From Eledone cirrhosa (Eukaryota): a stretch of 64,000 bases of DNA. The notes under the pieces are model-generated. The model saw only the letters and a program-made list of their open reading frames with translations, was not told the DNA's origin and searched no databases. Of this stretch, positions 47,161 to 61,484 are shown piece after piece (position 1 is the first letter of the stretch; each line of letters starts with the position of its first letter). The DNA is taken from assembly GCA_964016885.1 (NCBI GenBank), contig OZ024754.1:29388001-29452000 (forward strand), in the 5' to 3' direction. The position numbers and the translations under genes are program-made.

Positions 47161-47343
47161 ATTGTTTCTACTTTAGGCACAAGGCCAGCAAATTACCCAG
47201 TGCATTACTGGTACTTTATTTTATCGACCCCGTAAGGATGAAAGGCAAAGTCAACCTCGGCGGGATTTGAACTCAGATCGTAAAGGGACGTAACTATGCT
47301 GGAAAGCATGGCGTCCGACCCTCTACCGATACTGCCAATCCAC
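47160..47343 (-). mobile_element. Full-length tRNA-derived SINE
   Basis: Reverse complement of the 20498 unit, including A- and B-box-like motifs. Confidence 0.88.
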
Positions 47344-47373
47344 CGCCCTTATATATTATATATATATATATAT

Positions 47374-47405
<32 letters not shown>

Positions 47406-47407
47406 AA

Positions 47408-47464
<57 letters not shown>

Positions 47465-47468
<4 letters not shown>

Positions 47469-47707
47469 GACACAGAGGAGTCTGAGGTTAGCTGGACATG
47501 CTCACCGACATCCAGGGTTGACATTGCACTCAGTGCTCCTGTGGGACCCTCTATACTGGAAGGGGAAGACCAAGGTAAACGTATGTTGATGCCCTAAGAA
47601 CTGACACTGGTCTGTTGGAGACGCAGGACATGGCAGCGATAATGAGGGACAGAGACCGCTGGAGAGAACTCGTCCATCATGGATCTCGGAAATTTTACCA
47701 GCCCTAG
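47465..47707 (+). mobile_element. RTE-like LINE 3' fragment (frameshifted), same 5' breakpoint as 46192
   Basis: Begins AAAGTGACACAGAGGAG immediately after (TA)n, like the 46192 copy. Confidence 0.85.
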
Positions 47708-47792
47708 ATAGATACATATATGTGTGTGCGTGTGTGTGTGTACACATAGATGCATGCATACATATATAGATACATGCATATATACACACACG

Positions 47793-47847
<55 letters not shown>

Positions 47848-48213
47848 TGGGCTACTCAGCCGTTAATATGCATAAAGAAAGTATATACTTTCAGACGTTC
47901 AACAATCTAGCAGGATGGTATACGTTGCTGACGATAGCTAATAAGCTTGAAACTAGTACAGCGTTCCTTTGTCAGTGTTGAACAAACGAGCAACGATGGT
48001 TGCTAGACACTACGGCTTAATACGGGATGTTTGTTTACAAACACACCGAGTATTATAATAAATGTTCGGTGAATCCATACGTACATATATATATGTGTGC
48101 ATGTATGTATATATATGTATACATACTACTGTATGTCTGTATACATATATGTATGTACGTGTACATACTTATATATATATATACACATATATATATGTAA
48201 ATATATATATATA

Positions 48214-48640
48214 TATAAACGTTTAGAGTTAGAAGGCCAGAACAATGCAGGTATGGATATAGAATATAAATACAAATGCAAAAGATATTGCTGACAATTA
48301 GTCTTTTACCTTAAATTTATTTGAATATCCTTAATTTTCGAGATAATATCTTCACTCTTTGACATTAGAAATAGAATGGAATTTCTATACCATTTCCTGT
48401 CAGCATGACTTGGCAAGCTAATTATAACACTGGATTAACGCCTTTACTTCCCTCCGAAGAAGAGATATTATCTCTAAATATAAGGATATTCAAATAAATT
48501 TAAGGTAAAAGACTAATTGTCAGCAATATCTTTTGCATTTGTATTTATATTCTATATCCATACCTGCATTGTTTTGGCCTTCTAACTCCAAATGTTTATA
48601 CCTCATTAAGCAATGCTTCAAGTAAACTACAATTCCTCCT

Positions 48641-48641
<1 letters not shown>
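48214..48641. mobile_element. Fold-back pLTR cassette, ~138-bp arms, decayed HHR
   Basis: 48214-48351 is the reverse complement of 48463-48600. Reads CCT-CCGAAGA-AGAGA TATTA TCTC-TAAA TATA-AGG; the other arm retains GAAA at the TAAA position. Confidence 0.85.
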
Positions 48642-48676
<35 letters not shown>

Positions 48677-49108
48677 TCTAAGGCGGGTAAAATTCCCGAG
48701 ATCCATGGACGAGTTCTCTCCAGCGGTCTCTGTCCCTCATTATCGCTGCCATATCCTGCATCTCCAACAGACCAGTGTCTGTCCTTAGGGCATCAACATA
48801 TGTTAACCTTGGTCTTCCCCTTCTAGTGTGTCCATGTAGGGGCTCCCAAAGGAGTACTGAGTGCAATGTCAACTCTGGATGTCGGTGAGCATGTCCAGCC
48901 AACCTCAGTCTCCTCTGTGTCACTTTTGAGCTGACTTTTGGGATGCTCCCATACAGCTCTGAGTTTTTCATCCTCAGTGTATACTGATTAATGTTCAGAG
49001 CCATCCTCAGCATTCTCGTGTAGCACCCATCCACCATCTGAGTGAGTCTCCTGGTCAGTGTCCAAGTCTCAGACCCATACAGCAGCACATACTCCACTAC
49101 AGCAATGA

Positions 49109-49110
<2 letters not shown>
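48677..49110 (-). mobile_element. RTE-like LINE 3' fragment with open frame
   Basis: VLLYGSETWTLT...DGCYTRMLRMALNI...NSELYG...RRLRLAGH...GRPRLTYVD; the stop is followed directly by (TA)n. Confidence 0.92.
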
Positions 49111-49152
<42 letters not shown>

Positions 49153-49417
49153 AATAAGGGGAAGAAGAATACTGCATGGTTGCACATGGATTACATATTA
49201 TAAAATTAGTCCCTCATCAGTGATTTTGCCAACCATCATTGGTATTTCATCGCATTAAAAATCAGATACCTCAGGTTGGTGCGAGCAATAACTAAAATAA
49301 GCTATTGGGACAAGTGAAACGCGTAAAGCGAGTGAGACAAGTAAACAACAGAAGGGAAAGCAAACCGGAGGTTGGAAAACAGCAAGCCACATGGTAGTTA
49401 TCCGAATAATATGGTAG

Positions 49418-50252
49418 GTAACCGAATGAATCTCCGCTTCAGAGTTAAGAATAAAGTAAATAAAATACAATACAGAGGTAATAGAAATTAAATAAATACA
49501 TACACGCATGCAAATACGTACATACACAAGCATACGCGAAAACACTTGCCATAGGTATACAAAACCACGCACATATAAATATGTGTGTGTGTGTGTGCGT
49601 GTATACAAATAAATAAATAATTAAATAAACGTATATAAATAAATAAACGTAAATAAATAAATAAATACGAGATTCATTATTTCTATTACTCCTGTATTGT
49701 ATTTATTTACTTTGTTCTTAACTCTGTTGCGGAGATTCATTCGGTCTCCTAGTTAGAATTTTAGTCTACAACTTCTGCTATACCATTTACGTGGTTTTGT
49801 CTTTGCGTGCAATTGTTCTCCACGCTCCACATATGACGTATTATCTTCGTTTTTTTCGTTCATTGCCAGAGAACGTCTCTATGAACCACCTCAGAGAACA
49901 TTAGTCTACGACTTCTTTTATACCATAAACGTGGTTCTGTCTTTGCGCGTAATTGTTTTTCACCGCTCCTATTAATGACGTATTATATTCGTTTTTTCCC
50001 GTTCTTTGCCAGCGAACGTTTCCACGAACCAAAGTATGGTCTTCCTGTTTTCCTCCGGTTGCAACGTTTTTTGAAATATCCACTTCTGCGTTTATAGATT
50101 GACTTTGTTAGTTTCAGAAGATCCCGTTAAGGGTGAAAGCAGCGATTCTTTGCTTATTTTAATAAATATTTGCTCTACGGTTCTTATATATTTGATATAT
50201 ATTTATCCTTATCGAGCCCTCTTTGGATTTTAGTCTTCAAATTTATTATTAT

Positions 50253-50256
<4 letters not shown>
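49418..50256. mobile_element. Inverted + direct 3'UTR/pLTR pair of the 16858-20053 PLE family
   Basis: 49418-49640 is the reverse complement of ~19405-19628; 49680-50256 is a forward match to 19560-20035 plus the terminal extension. Confidence 0.85.
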
Positions 50257-50299
<43 letters not shown>

Positions 50300-50315
50300 T
50301 ACCACACACACACAC

Positions 50316-50382
<67 letters not shown>

Positions 50383-50944
50383 CATACATATACAACTTAA
50401 TATACATTGCTATATGTGTAACATGCCTGACGCCCCAAAGGCACGTGCAAACATAGAGAAGCAAATATTTCAGAGATCAAATGAACGTTATTTTCTCTGA
50501 GCCGTTACAAATCTGCATCCAAAATGGCAGAAACAACGTCTGCAATAATGAATGATATATAACAAAATGCACCCAACCTTTCAACGGCAGACGATACCTG
50601 GAATAAGCAAACTTTATTCTTGCGTGTTTCTTTTTGATAGATAAGGTAACATTTCAACTTCATTGCAAATACACAGGATACACATTCCAGCTTTGTACAT
50701 CCCTACTATTTATTCTGGTTTCACCGCAGTCTTTTGTCTTCTGAGTTTTGATATATTTTGTTATATTTTTGCTATTTTTCGGCATTGAATAATGGTTTCT
50801 ACTTTAGGCACAAGGTCTGCAATTATATATATTTTTATCTATCTTATTATTCTTTCTTTATTTATTTTATTTTTAGTGGGTTGCCGGAGTTAAATTATTA
50901 AAACCACTCCAAAATTTGACTGGAAATTTATTTAGGCATGGTTC

Positions 50945-51575
50945 AGGGCCGGACGCCATGCTTTGCAGCATAGAGTTACGTCCCTTTACAACCTGAGTTC
51001 AAATCCCGCCGAGGTTAACTTTGCCTTTCATCCTTACGGGGTCGATAAAATAAAGTACCAGTAATGCACTGGGATAATTGCTGGCCTTGTGCCAAAAGTA
51101 GAAACAATTATAGCAATTCTATAGAACAAGAAGAAGAAGAAGAAGAAGAAGAAGAAGGTGATGATGATGATGATGATGATGATGATGGGGATTATGATGA
51201 TGAAGATGATGATTGGACGATGTTGATTAAAGATTTCTACTTTTTGGCACAAGGCCAGCAATTGTGCCAGTACATTACTGGTACTTTATTTTATCGATCC
51301 CGTAAGGATGAAAGGCAAAGTTAACCTCAACGGGATTTGAACTCAGATCATAAAGCAGCCTAACTCTCTGCTGTAAAGCATGGCGTCCGACCCTCTACCA
51401 ATACTGCCAATCCGTCCAAAAGTGTAATTGTTTCTACTCTTGGCACAAGGCCAGCAATTATCCAGTACATTACTGGTACTTTATTTTATCGACCCCGTAA
51501 GGATGAAAGGTAAAGTTAACCTCGGCGGGATTTGAACTTAGATCACAAACGGACGTAACTCTGCTTCAAAGCATG
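50945..51575. mobile_element. SINE cluster: one + copy (50945-51110), (GAA)n(GAT)n spacer, then a minus-strand dimer (51232-51575)
   Basis: Matches the SINE consensus; the dimer junction is identical to that at 20676-20690. Confidence 0.88.
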
Positions 51576-51741
51576 GTTAATAATTCAATAATAAATAAAC
51601 AGAAGTGTTTATCTAGACAATCATAGACAGAATAAAGTTTATCACACAACTATGTGTTTTAAAATTAAGTTTATTACTCACTTATACGATCTAAGATTAA
51701 ATTATTTCCTCAGCTATTTGATGTAAGAGAGCTCTAAAAGC

Positions 51742-52012
51742 TAAAATTAAGGTTATCACATAGCTATATGACTTAAAATTAAAGTTATTAAATAGCTATA
51801 TGACTTAAAATTAAAGTTATTACATAGCTATATAACTTAAAATTAAAATTATTACATAGTTATATGACCTAAAATTAAGGTTATTACACAGCTATATGAC
51901 CTAAAATTAAGGTTATTACATAGCTATATGACCTACAATAAAAGTTATTACATAGCTACATGACCGACAATAAAGGTTATTTCACAGCTATATGACCTAA
52001 AATTAAAGTTAT
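51742..52012. repeat. 32-bp minisatellite, ~8.5 copies (TAAAATTAAGGTTATTACATAGCTATATGACC), with decayed copies upstream to ~51620
   Basis: Units start at 51742, 51774, 51806, 51838, 51870, 51902, 51934, 51966 and 51998. Confidence 0.92.
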
Positions 52013-52986
52013 AGAAGAAATAATTATAGATAAACGATGTAGTCCTATGTATATGGAAAGAAAAACACGATGTAAGCATTGACATAAAATGGCAGGAAGA
52101 GTTGAAATTTTGCTTGGAAAATTCAAAAGTGTTGAAAACTTTGTGATGTACATGAAAGATATGTGAGATCCTTTAAGAAATTGAAAATAATTGATTTGCG
52201 CCAGGTATTGATGATACTAAAAGATCTTTTCTTTGTAGAAGAAGCACAGATATACTTCAAAATCAATTCCAACTTACAAAGCAGAAATTTAATGCCAATG
52301 AATTATCGAAAAACATGAATGGGAATAAGAACAACTACAACTGCAGTTCAATCAGACGTTTAAACACTCCATACGTGACATCTACTGAAGACTGACTCAG
52401 AAGGTACACTAGGAGCCATACTAGGAGTAATATGAATGATATTTTGTATATGAGCGAGATATGAACGTGCCACGCAATATTTATTACTATAGACCAATTG
52501 ATAAACGAATCACAATGAAGAACGAAAATGACATTAAACCACCGTGAATCTTTCTATATTTAATACACACAGAAAGAATAAAACCACTTAATCCATAATA
52601 GAATGGAATCTAAACACGTCTTGGCTGTGAGCCAAATGAAAAGTAGAAATAGTCACAAGGATTTCGGACGAAATCGATAAGGAAATGAAATGTCTGATGA
52701 TAGATACATTAGCTATTCCATAAAAATCTGTTGAAATCTATATAAGATTCGGTGTAGTTCCAGTGGCTGGGTATTAGATGAATGGGGTATTTATTCAGTA
52801 AACAATTTCTAAAGTTGTTGGATAGAATAATTAAGTGATTCCTTAGTGACAGACAACGAGGTGATTATTTGAGGCGACATAACATTGAAGAATAGTTAAA
52901 GTTATCAAAAATATGAAAGCCGTTGAAGTGGCGTATTATATATAGAATAGAAAGTGTGAACACAACCACTGCATAGAATTAATATA

Positions 52987-53070
<84 letters not shown>

Positions 53071-53218
53071 AATGTATATATATAAGCAGATTCTCGATGT
53101 ATATCGAAATGTGCCCACAATTAAATAGATACTCAATACAATAGTAGACATGTTTATTGTATTATAGAAATAACTTCTACAGGACTAGAACTGTTTCATT
53201 CGTAGGAAATCACCGTCC

Positions 53219-53261
<43 letters not shown>

Positions 53262-53377
53262 GAGGTTACACAACAGTTAGTTCACCACACCGAGAACAAC
53301 TGTTGTGTAACCACTTCTACCTAACTCGCCCCATGGACTGAGTGGTCTACTACTACGGATATTACCTTCAAGTATAC

Positions 53378-53466
<89 letters not shown>

Positions 53467-53830
53467 TTCTTCCTCCCGTTAGACCTGTGCGAAATTCCTT
53501 CCTTGCTCACATTTCAACCAGGTTTGATGGTCTTTATCCTCTCGTTCACGATTTCACCGAATTTAAATTCATAGAAATCTGGGACTTGTCTCTTTCTTCC
53601 TCACTTTCTGTTGCTTCACCATTTTGTTTGTTTACCCTCGCGTCCCCTTTATTTACGTGTCCCAACGACTTTTTTTAGCCGTTGCTCGCACCAACCGGAG
53701 GTATATGGTCTTTAAAGCGATGAAATTCCTATGATGGTTGGAAGATCACTGATGAAGGACAAACTTTTTTCATATGTAACCCATTTGCAACTCCGCAGCG
53801 CCCTTATTATTATATATATATATATATATA

Positions 53831-55206
53831 GTAATAATAATAAATTTGAAGACTAAAATCCAAAGAGGGCTCGATAAGGATAAATATATATCAAATATAT
53901 AAGAACCGTAGAGCAAATATTTATTAAAATAACAGATTAAAGTTTAAGCAAAGAATCGCTGCTTTCACCCTTTTATCTGGAGTCTAAAAGACCACCACAC
54001 CCAATATAAGTTACACTGGGAGATCCTAGCTAGGGCTAGATCGTATAACGGAAATAAAAGACCATGTGACCTCTGTGCCGCTGAGGCCCTGGAAATACTC
54101 TACGCCACTGACCATATCTTAAACAAAACTTCTGAGGCAATTTCGGCTTGTAAACATAAATTGCACAAAACTTTCCTGTATTACAGCCCCACGTTATACC
54201 CTAACGGATAGTACGTTTTATACGTGGATATTTTACGTCTTGATGTGGGGGCTAAGTATATGTTTTGTTTATACCATTACTTATTTGCATAGGTAAGTAT
54301 ATTTTGCCCGTATGTTTTGTGAAGGTACGTATACCTTCTCGTGCGTATATTTGATTGTTATGGCGTATAATTTTATATATTCTGGTACATATGGTTCGGC
54401 TATGTGTATACGGGAGTTTTGCGTCTGTGTGAGTATGCAGGTTCGTACGTATGTAGGGTGTGTGTATATGTGTACTTCATGTTTTGGTTGACTTACGTCT
54501 CCGAACATTCGTGTATTTACATGTAGGTATGTATGTGCGCTTGTTATATACGTATTTATTTATTTATATACGTTTATATAATTATTTATTTATTTGTATA
54601 CACGCATATACACACATACACATATTTATATGTGCGTGGTTTCGTATACCTATGGTAAGTGTTTTGCGTATGCTTGTGTATGTACGTATTTGTTTGCGTG
54701 TATGTATTTATTTATTTATATTACTCCTGTATTGTATTTATTTACTTTGTTCTTAACTCTGTAGCGGAGATTCATTCGGTCTCCTAGTTAGAATTTTAGT
54801 CTACGACTTCTGCTATACCATTTACGTGATTTTGTCTTTGCGTGCGATTGTTCTCCACGCCCACATATGACGTATTATCTTCGTTTTTTTCATTCATTGC
54901 CAGAGAACGTCTCTATGAACCACCTAAGAGAACGTTAGTCTACGACCTCTTTTATACCATAAACGTGGTTCTGTCTTTGCGCGTAATTGTTTTTCACCGT
55001 TCCTATTAATGACGTATTATATTCGTTTTTTCCCGTTCCTTGCCAGCGAACGTTTCCACGAACCAAAGTATCGTCTTCCTGTCTTCCTCCGGTTGCAACG
55101 TTTTTTGAAATATCCAATTCTGTGTTTACAGATTGACTTTGTTAGTTTCAGAAGATCCCGTTAAGGGTGAAAGCAGCGATTCTTTGCTTAAACTTTAATC
55201 TGTTAT
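53831..55206 (+). mobile_element. 5'-truncated copy of the 16858-20053 PLE with inverted pLTR end at its 5' side
   Basis: 53831-53972 is an inverted pLTR terminus; 53973-55206 aligns to ~18827-20050 (GIY-YIG end + 3' UTR); (TA)n at both ends. Confidence 0.92.
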
Positions 55207-55323
55207 ATAAATATATATATATATATAAGAGATGTCAACATGGTTGGACCTGTTATTTTTATCTAAAGACATTTTCTAATTCCATCCCACCCGTCCCTTC
55301 AATCTATCTTCTTTCTCGTTCTT

Positions 55324-55359
55324 TCTTCTGATGAAGGACTAGCGTCCGAAACGTTAAGA
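55324..55359 (+). ncRNA. Minimal type I hammerhead ribozyme with loopless palindromic stem III
   Basis: TCTT-CTGATGA-A GGAC TAGC GTCC-GAAAC GTT-AAGA. Confidence 0.85.
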
Positions 55360-55484
55360 CCCCCTTCCTGCTATTTCAAGCGTTAACTTAATATATTCCT
55401 TCCAAATACTGTACCGATTGTGTTGTTATTTCTGTTTATCTTTTACATGCGTACATACATTTATATATATATATATATATATAA

Positions 55485-55702
55485 ATATTCATTTTCTTAT
55501 GGCTAAATGGTGAGTCTTGTTGCTCAGGAATTTGGGTTATTTATCACAGGATCAACAGGCAAGAACAAGACAGAGTTCTTGTCTGATAACCCTGTGATAA
55601 ACAGGCAAAACTCTAGGATAACAAGACTCCTTATTTAGCCTTAATAAAATGAGTATTAAAACGCTACTTTGGTATTGAGTAGTCTTTTCTATCGGTGTTC
55701 AA

Positions 55703-55704
<2 letters not shown>
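55485..55704. mobile_element. Older, imperfect fold-back cassette with decayed HHR-like core
   Basis: 55485-55553 is approximately the reverse complement of 55591-55656. Reads CTGATAA CCCTG TGATAAA CAGGC AAAAC; (TA)n on both sides. Confidence 0.65.
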
Positions 55705-55754
<50 letters not shown>

Positions 55755-55756
<2 letters not shown>

Positions 55757-56332
55757 AATAACAAGTTATCGTTATAGGTAATCCAGTTAGCGGTTGTGAG
55801 TACTCTGTGTCGTGGATAGTTTTAACGTACGGCTTTGTTTGACTCAACAAGATGCTTCCATAGTTATGCAGCGAGTTCGCGGTAATTTCTATGCAGGTTA
55901 TACTTGGAGTAATAATAGTTAAAGAATTAAGAGTAACATGGTTGGCTGTACAATAAGGGGTTTTATTTAAAGTACTGACAATTGTTTCGTTGATCAGGTG
56001 AGTCTAGAGTTCGCTAATCGCTTGAGGTTGCGTCACTCGATCTCCAATACATTATTTAGCTCTGGTCAACACATCAGAGTACGTAGATATGAAAATAATT
56101 AACTCGAGGCAGGACTTATATAGAAAAATAGCGTATAATCAAAACAATAACATTATAATATATAACAATAACAATAATAAAACATGTATGAGGTAAATAA
56201 TGTATTGGAGATCGAGTGACGCAACCTCAAACGATTAGCGAACTCTAGACTCACCTGATCAACGAAACAATTGTCAGTACTTTAAATAAAGCCCTTATTG
56301 TATAGCCAACTATGTTACTCTTCATTCTTTAA
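55755..56332. mobile_element. Fold-back pLTR cassette, ~140-bp arms, HHR on minus strand (55972-56082)
   Basis: 55919-56058 is the reverse complement of 56194-56332. Minus strand reads GTACT-CTGATGT-GTTGA...TCAAC-GAAAC AATT GTC-AGTAC. Confidence 0.9.
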
Positions 56333-56352
56333 ATATATATATATTTATACAT

Positions 56353-56434
<82 letters not shown>

Positions 56435-57324
56435 GGGTATTTAGCAACTGAGAGAATCGCGAGCGTTGCCTTGACATTTAAAACCTGGAGTAGCCATTCT
56501 GCTACAGGTCTAAACACACCAGATTTCTCCCGGAGAAAGTAAGCGACAGATTGAGAATGACATTGACAAATTATCAAAGAGGAAGAATTGACCACACTAC
56601 TAGACTGTTAATCTATTTATCGACCTCGAAATGAAGAAAGGCAAAGTTGAACCTTCACGTAATTTGAATAGACAGATGCCCGACCGAACACCTCAAATCA
56701 TTCAACGTTCTAACACCGCCTGCTGAAATCTTTTACCATATTGATTTTCTGTTGTTGCTGCAATTAGAAATTTCAAAAAGGTTTGTTTCTGTGTGTTTCA
56801 CAATTTCATTCTCAATCTCATGCTTTCATTCTCCCGAAGAAAACTTTCGAAAGAAATATTTTCGATAAACAGACTATCTGCCCTTCTGTTTATTTTGGCA
56901 TTAAAACCACTGCCATTTAGAAATTTCCAGTGACTAAATGCTCGGTTCTGCAACAGCAACAAATAGTAATACAATTCATCATTTCTTAGTTGAATCTCTA
57001 AAGATTTGACTCAAGATAGAAACATTGATAATATTCAGAAAATAGCAGATATTTATATAATAACTCATTCGGCTGATATATGGATAGAAAATGACCAAAG
57101 GAAATGCTAATACTTGACAACTTGAACGCAGGAAAACTACTTTCCGAAACATTTTCACAAGAAAAGATTCTCTTCTCACCTGTTCCATACAATGAAGACT
57201 TTAAAGTCGAAAACATTAACAGTAATAAAATGTTAAGAGTAAATACAGTGTGTGCAAACTATATTACATCAGAATTACTAAAATCTGGCAAAATGCAACT
57301 GAAGTCTTCTTTTTAAAAAAATAT

Positions 57325-57503
57325 ATATATTTATTTGGTTCCTTTACCGGTTTCGCAGTTCTTCTGCTTTTCAAAAGTAGAGTTGAGATGGAGGGTCTGT
57401 GGTTTTTCTCACATCTATCTATATATATAAAAAGAAGACTCCAGTTGCATTTTCGATTTCATCTTTTTTTCTTTATACTTTCAGTCGTGTAGGACACTTT
57501 CTA
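57325..57503 (-). repeat. PLE pLTR-like fragment with decayed HHR
   Basis: Minus strand reads CTT-TTGAAAA-GCAG AAGAA CTGC-GAAAC CG GTA-AAG; flanked by short (TA)n. Confidence 0.6.
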
Positions 57504-57611
57504 ATATATATATATATATATATAAACGGAAAAAATGAAACGAAATTTCATTTCTCACTCTTAGTACGGCTGTTACTTAAATATAAGTATGTATATAAGT
57601 ACGTATACATA

Positions 57612-58206
<595 letters not shown>

Positions 58207-58558
58207 GGCTTTTCTGAAGAAGGTGGCAGTGACTTCAAAATTCACCACCTGTTCATGAAAATTTTTCACAAATTCTGATGGTTCATGCAGTTATCATATA
58301 TATAAATGATATGTATATATGTATAAATGATATATATATATATATAAGTGAGTGTGTGTGTGTGTTATTTTAGGTATACACCGAAGTTGTAGCTGCAATG
58401 ATGCGGATGCTTATCGAATTGTTTGAGGCAGTAATGAATTTCTCATAGTTAACACATAAAGCCATAATGTGTGACACCATGAATATATCGACTAGGTCTA
58501 TGCAACCACAAGAACATCAAATCCTAAAAGACTGACCTGGTCTGTTCGATATATATAT

Positions 58559-58905
58559 GGAGGCACATGGCTTAGTGGTTAGAGCATTGGCCTTGCAATC
58601 GAAAGGTTGTGAGTTCAATTCTCAGACCGGGTGATGTGTTGTTTCCTTGAGCAAGACACTTTATTTCACATTGCTCCAGTTTACTCAGCTGTAGAAATGA
58701 GATGATAGGGACTGAGGTCCATATCATTCCACTGCAAAGTGGTTGTGGAGGTGCCACGGCAAAAAAGCACCCAGCACTCACTGTAAATGAGGTTGGTGTT
58801 AGGAAGGGCATCCAGCTGTAGAAATCAAGCCAGAATCAGTTCCCGTCCTACCCTTGCAAGCAGGTAAAAAGCGGATGTAAAATGAAATGATGATGATGAT
58901 GATGA
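58559..58905 (+). mobile_element. Second tRNA-derived SINE family with (ATG)n tail; decayed relatives near 62350-62460 and 63445-63680
   Basis: A box TGGCTTAGTGG, B box GAGTTCAATTC, central CCTTGAGCAAGACACTT...TTGCTCCAGT..ACTCAGCTG, and tail GGTTGGTGTTAGGAAGGGCATCCAGCTGTAG...(ATG)n. Confidence 0.8.
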
Positions 58906-58907
58906 TA

Positions 58908-58950
<43 letters not shown>

Positions 58951-58962
58951 ATATATATATAT

Positions 58963-59012
<50 letters not shown>

Positions 59013-59394
59013 ATACTTGGGGAGGGTCATATTGTTGTAATAATATTGCCAGAAATAATAACAAAACACACTCACTGTTTGGTTGGTTTTCGCTTCTTTT
59101 ATATCTCCATAGTTAATTCATTTGGCCATCAATGTTTATCACTGACTGACCAACGGTCAAAAATACAGATATAAATACATATATATAGTGTAACAAAATT
59201 CTTTCGTTGCACATCTGCAACATCATCAGTGGTACTATTTTGTTTCCTCCTGTTGTATTGTATGTCTACGCCATTTTTATTTTATCTATTTATTTATACG
59301 TGATGTGTGTGCGTACACATGGATATGTGTGTATGCTTCTGGGGTGCATGTGTGAACGTAAGCACACAAGGTACTCTGTATGTATCTGTCAGTA

Positions 59395-59475
<81 letters not shown>

Positions 59476-59635
59476 AGGAATGTGAGCTGACAAATAACAG
59501 TAATTTTGCCAACGGGAAAGTGGGTGAGTGACAGCTAACACCCTGGCGGTCAGCGGGCTGCTACCGGTGGTCAGAATAATGATGACGTCACTAACCAGTG
59601 ACCAACCCAAGGACGCTCAAAGCGGATATATATAT

Positions 59636-60104
59636 AGAGATTTTGAGTTTATGTTGGCTGTATACCAACACTTCAGTATGCAGGCGGGAGCACTCGACGA
59701 GGTGCGCAGGTTGGTTTCGTTACTCCGGAGTAGTGTAAAATAAAGTTAAATAAAAGTCAAATGATTAAAATTTAGCTTCGTTTATTACTGCTATATATAT
59801 TTCAGTGACAGCCATCTTTGGCTGTGACCTCTTCAGGCAGTTTGAATTAGTATGGTATAGACAAGTACATATGTTGTTTAGGTGTATAATATTGTCAATA
59901 CTCTGAAATGCCCAGTTCCTTGTTTGGTTGTTATTTCACTGAGGAACTGGAGTCACACCTAAACAACATATGTACTTGTCTATACCATACTAATTCAAAC
60001 TGCCTGAAGAGGTCACAGCCAAAGATGGCTGTCACTGAAATATATATAGCAGTAATAAACGAAGCTAAATTTTAATCATTTGACTTTTATTTAACTTTAT
60101 TTTA
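59636..60104. mobile_element. Fold-back pLTR cassette, 150-bp arms, intact HHR (59999-60053) on both strands
   Basis: 59736-59885 is the reverse complement of 59955-60104. Reads ACTGC-CTGAAGA-GGTCACAGCC AAAGAT GGCTGTCACT-GAAA TATATA TA-GCAGT. The left extension recurs inverted at 63030-63122. Confidence 0.93.
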
Positions 60105-60280
60105 TATATATATATATATATTTATATACAGAATGAATGTATGAAAAGCAAGATATTCTTTGATATATATATATATAGATATATATATATGTAGGAGGTG
60201 AGTTTTATTGTAGTACAATAAAGCAATGCAGATATCGGATAAGAAGCACTCTACAGTTTGTAGGACTGGAGTATACATAA

Positions 60281-60325
<45 letters not shown>

Positions 60326-61484
60326 TATATCTTAAGTTTCACACATTCATTCTGTAGAAATAATGTCAAGATAATGTATAGGGTTCGCTTTCTTTAAAAT
60401 TTTGGATTTCCTATATTTTATATACATTTATGTGTGTAGGCATTATATTCTTATTTTTATCTGTATGTGTATATGTGTATGTGCTTATATGTGTTAATAT
60501 TCTTGAGTGGATATGAAAGTGTGTGTGTGTCTGTAAGTGTGTATGCGTCTGTATGCACTTGTATGCATGGGTTCGTATACGTACACGTGTGTGTTTATGG
60601 GCATGTAAGTTTGAGTGGTGGAGAGTGTGGGTGTGTGTAAATGGTGTATCTGTAAGTAAGTTTATGTGTGTTTATGTATCATGTACATTGTTCCTATGCC
60701 CCTATACGCGTGTTCTTATGTGTGCTTGTTAAGTATGCTGGTGTTGGGTGTGTGTGTATTTCAATGGCTCTGAGTGTAGGTGAGTGTGAGTTTGCGTGTA
60801 TGTATACGTGTTTTAATATACATAATTATACTTGTATGTGTCTGTATATGTATACTGGAGAGTGCTTATGTAGAGTAAATGTGAGTGTGTGTGTGGGGGG
60901 GGGGGGGTATAGAAGTATTTCTTCATATTTATGTCGTATATATTCAACATATATTTATTCATAACGCTTAGCACTCTAAAATTTGTTTCTTTTGTAAAGA
61001 TTTGAAAAGATGTCTGATAGTAACTGAATATCGACCAAGATGGATTTCACGAAGAAAATTAAAGTTAATGGCAATTAGTGTAAGTACTACAGAGTGAGCA
61101 CTATCTAGCTTTGAAATAGAACGTAGCAGACATACGTATTGGAAACATTCTATAGAGAATTGGAGAAATTCCATGAATGTTTTTGTATTTCTCACTTTTT
61201 TGAAAAACCAAAGTATTTCCATTGTTGAAACTTCCATCAATATTTTATGTCCTTATTATAGAAGTGTTTCATAATTATTATTCAAAAATGTTGTAAGTTA
61301 TAACTTTAATATAATTACTTTAATTTAATGAAAGTTAGTGTTGTAAGTAGGTTGTTAGATTTCATTTTAATGTTGAACCATGAATCTAGGCTTAATTTCT
61401 ATTCAGTTACTTAGTTTAATAACACCTTTCCCACACTTTTTCTGGCCAATATTTCCATCATTAGCTGCTGGATAGATTTCAGGC

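Noticed and set aside
51064-51324. Acidic poly-E/poly-D ORF
   Set aside because: Product of a (GAA)n(GAT)n microsatellite between two SINE copies.
51742-52012. Regular 32-bp repeats as a possible CRISPR array
   Set aside because: Head-to-tail units with no unique spacers, eukaryotic context and no cas genes.
56980-57316. Short coding-looking AT-rich stretches (also 52030-52330 and 60968-61240)
   Set aside because: Interrupted by stops with no recognisable motif; cannot be supported without a database search.
58559-58630. tRNA gene
   Set aside because: A and B boxes are present but there is no proper acceptor stem, and it continues into a SINE body and tail; treated as a SINE head.
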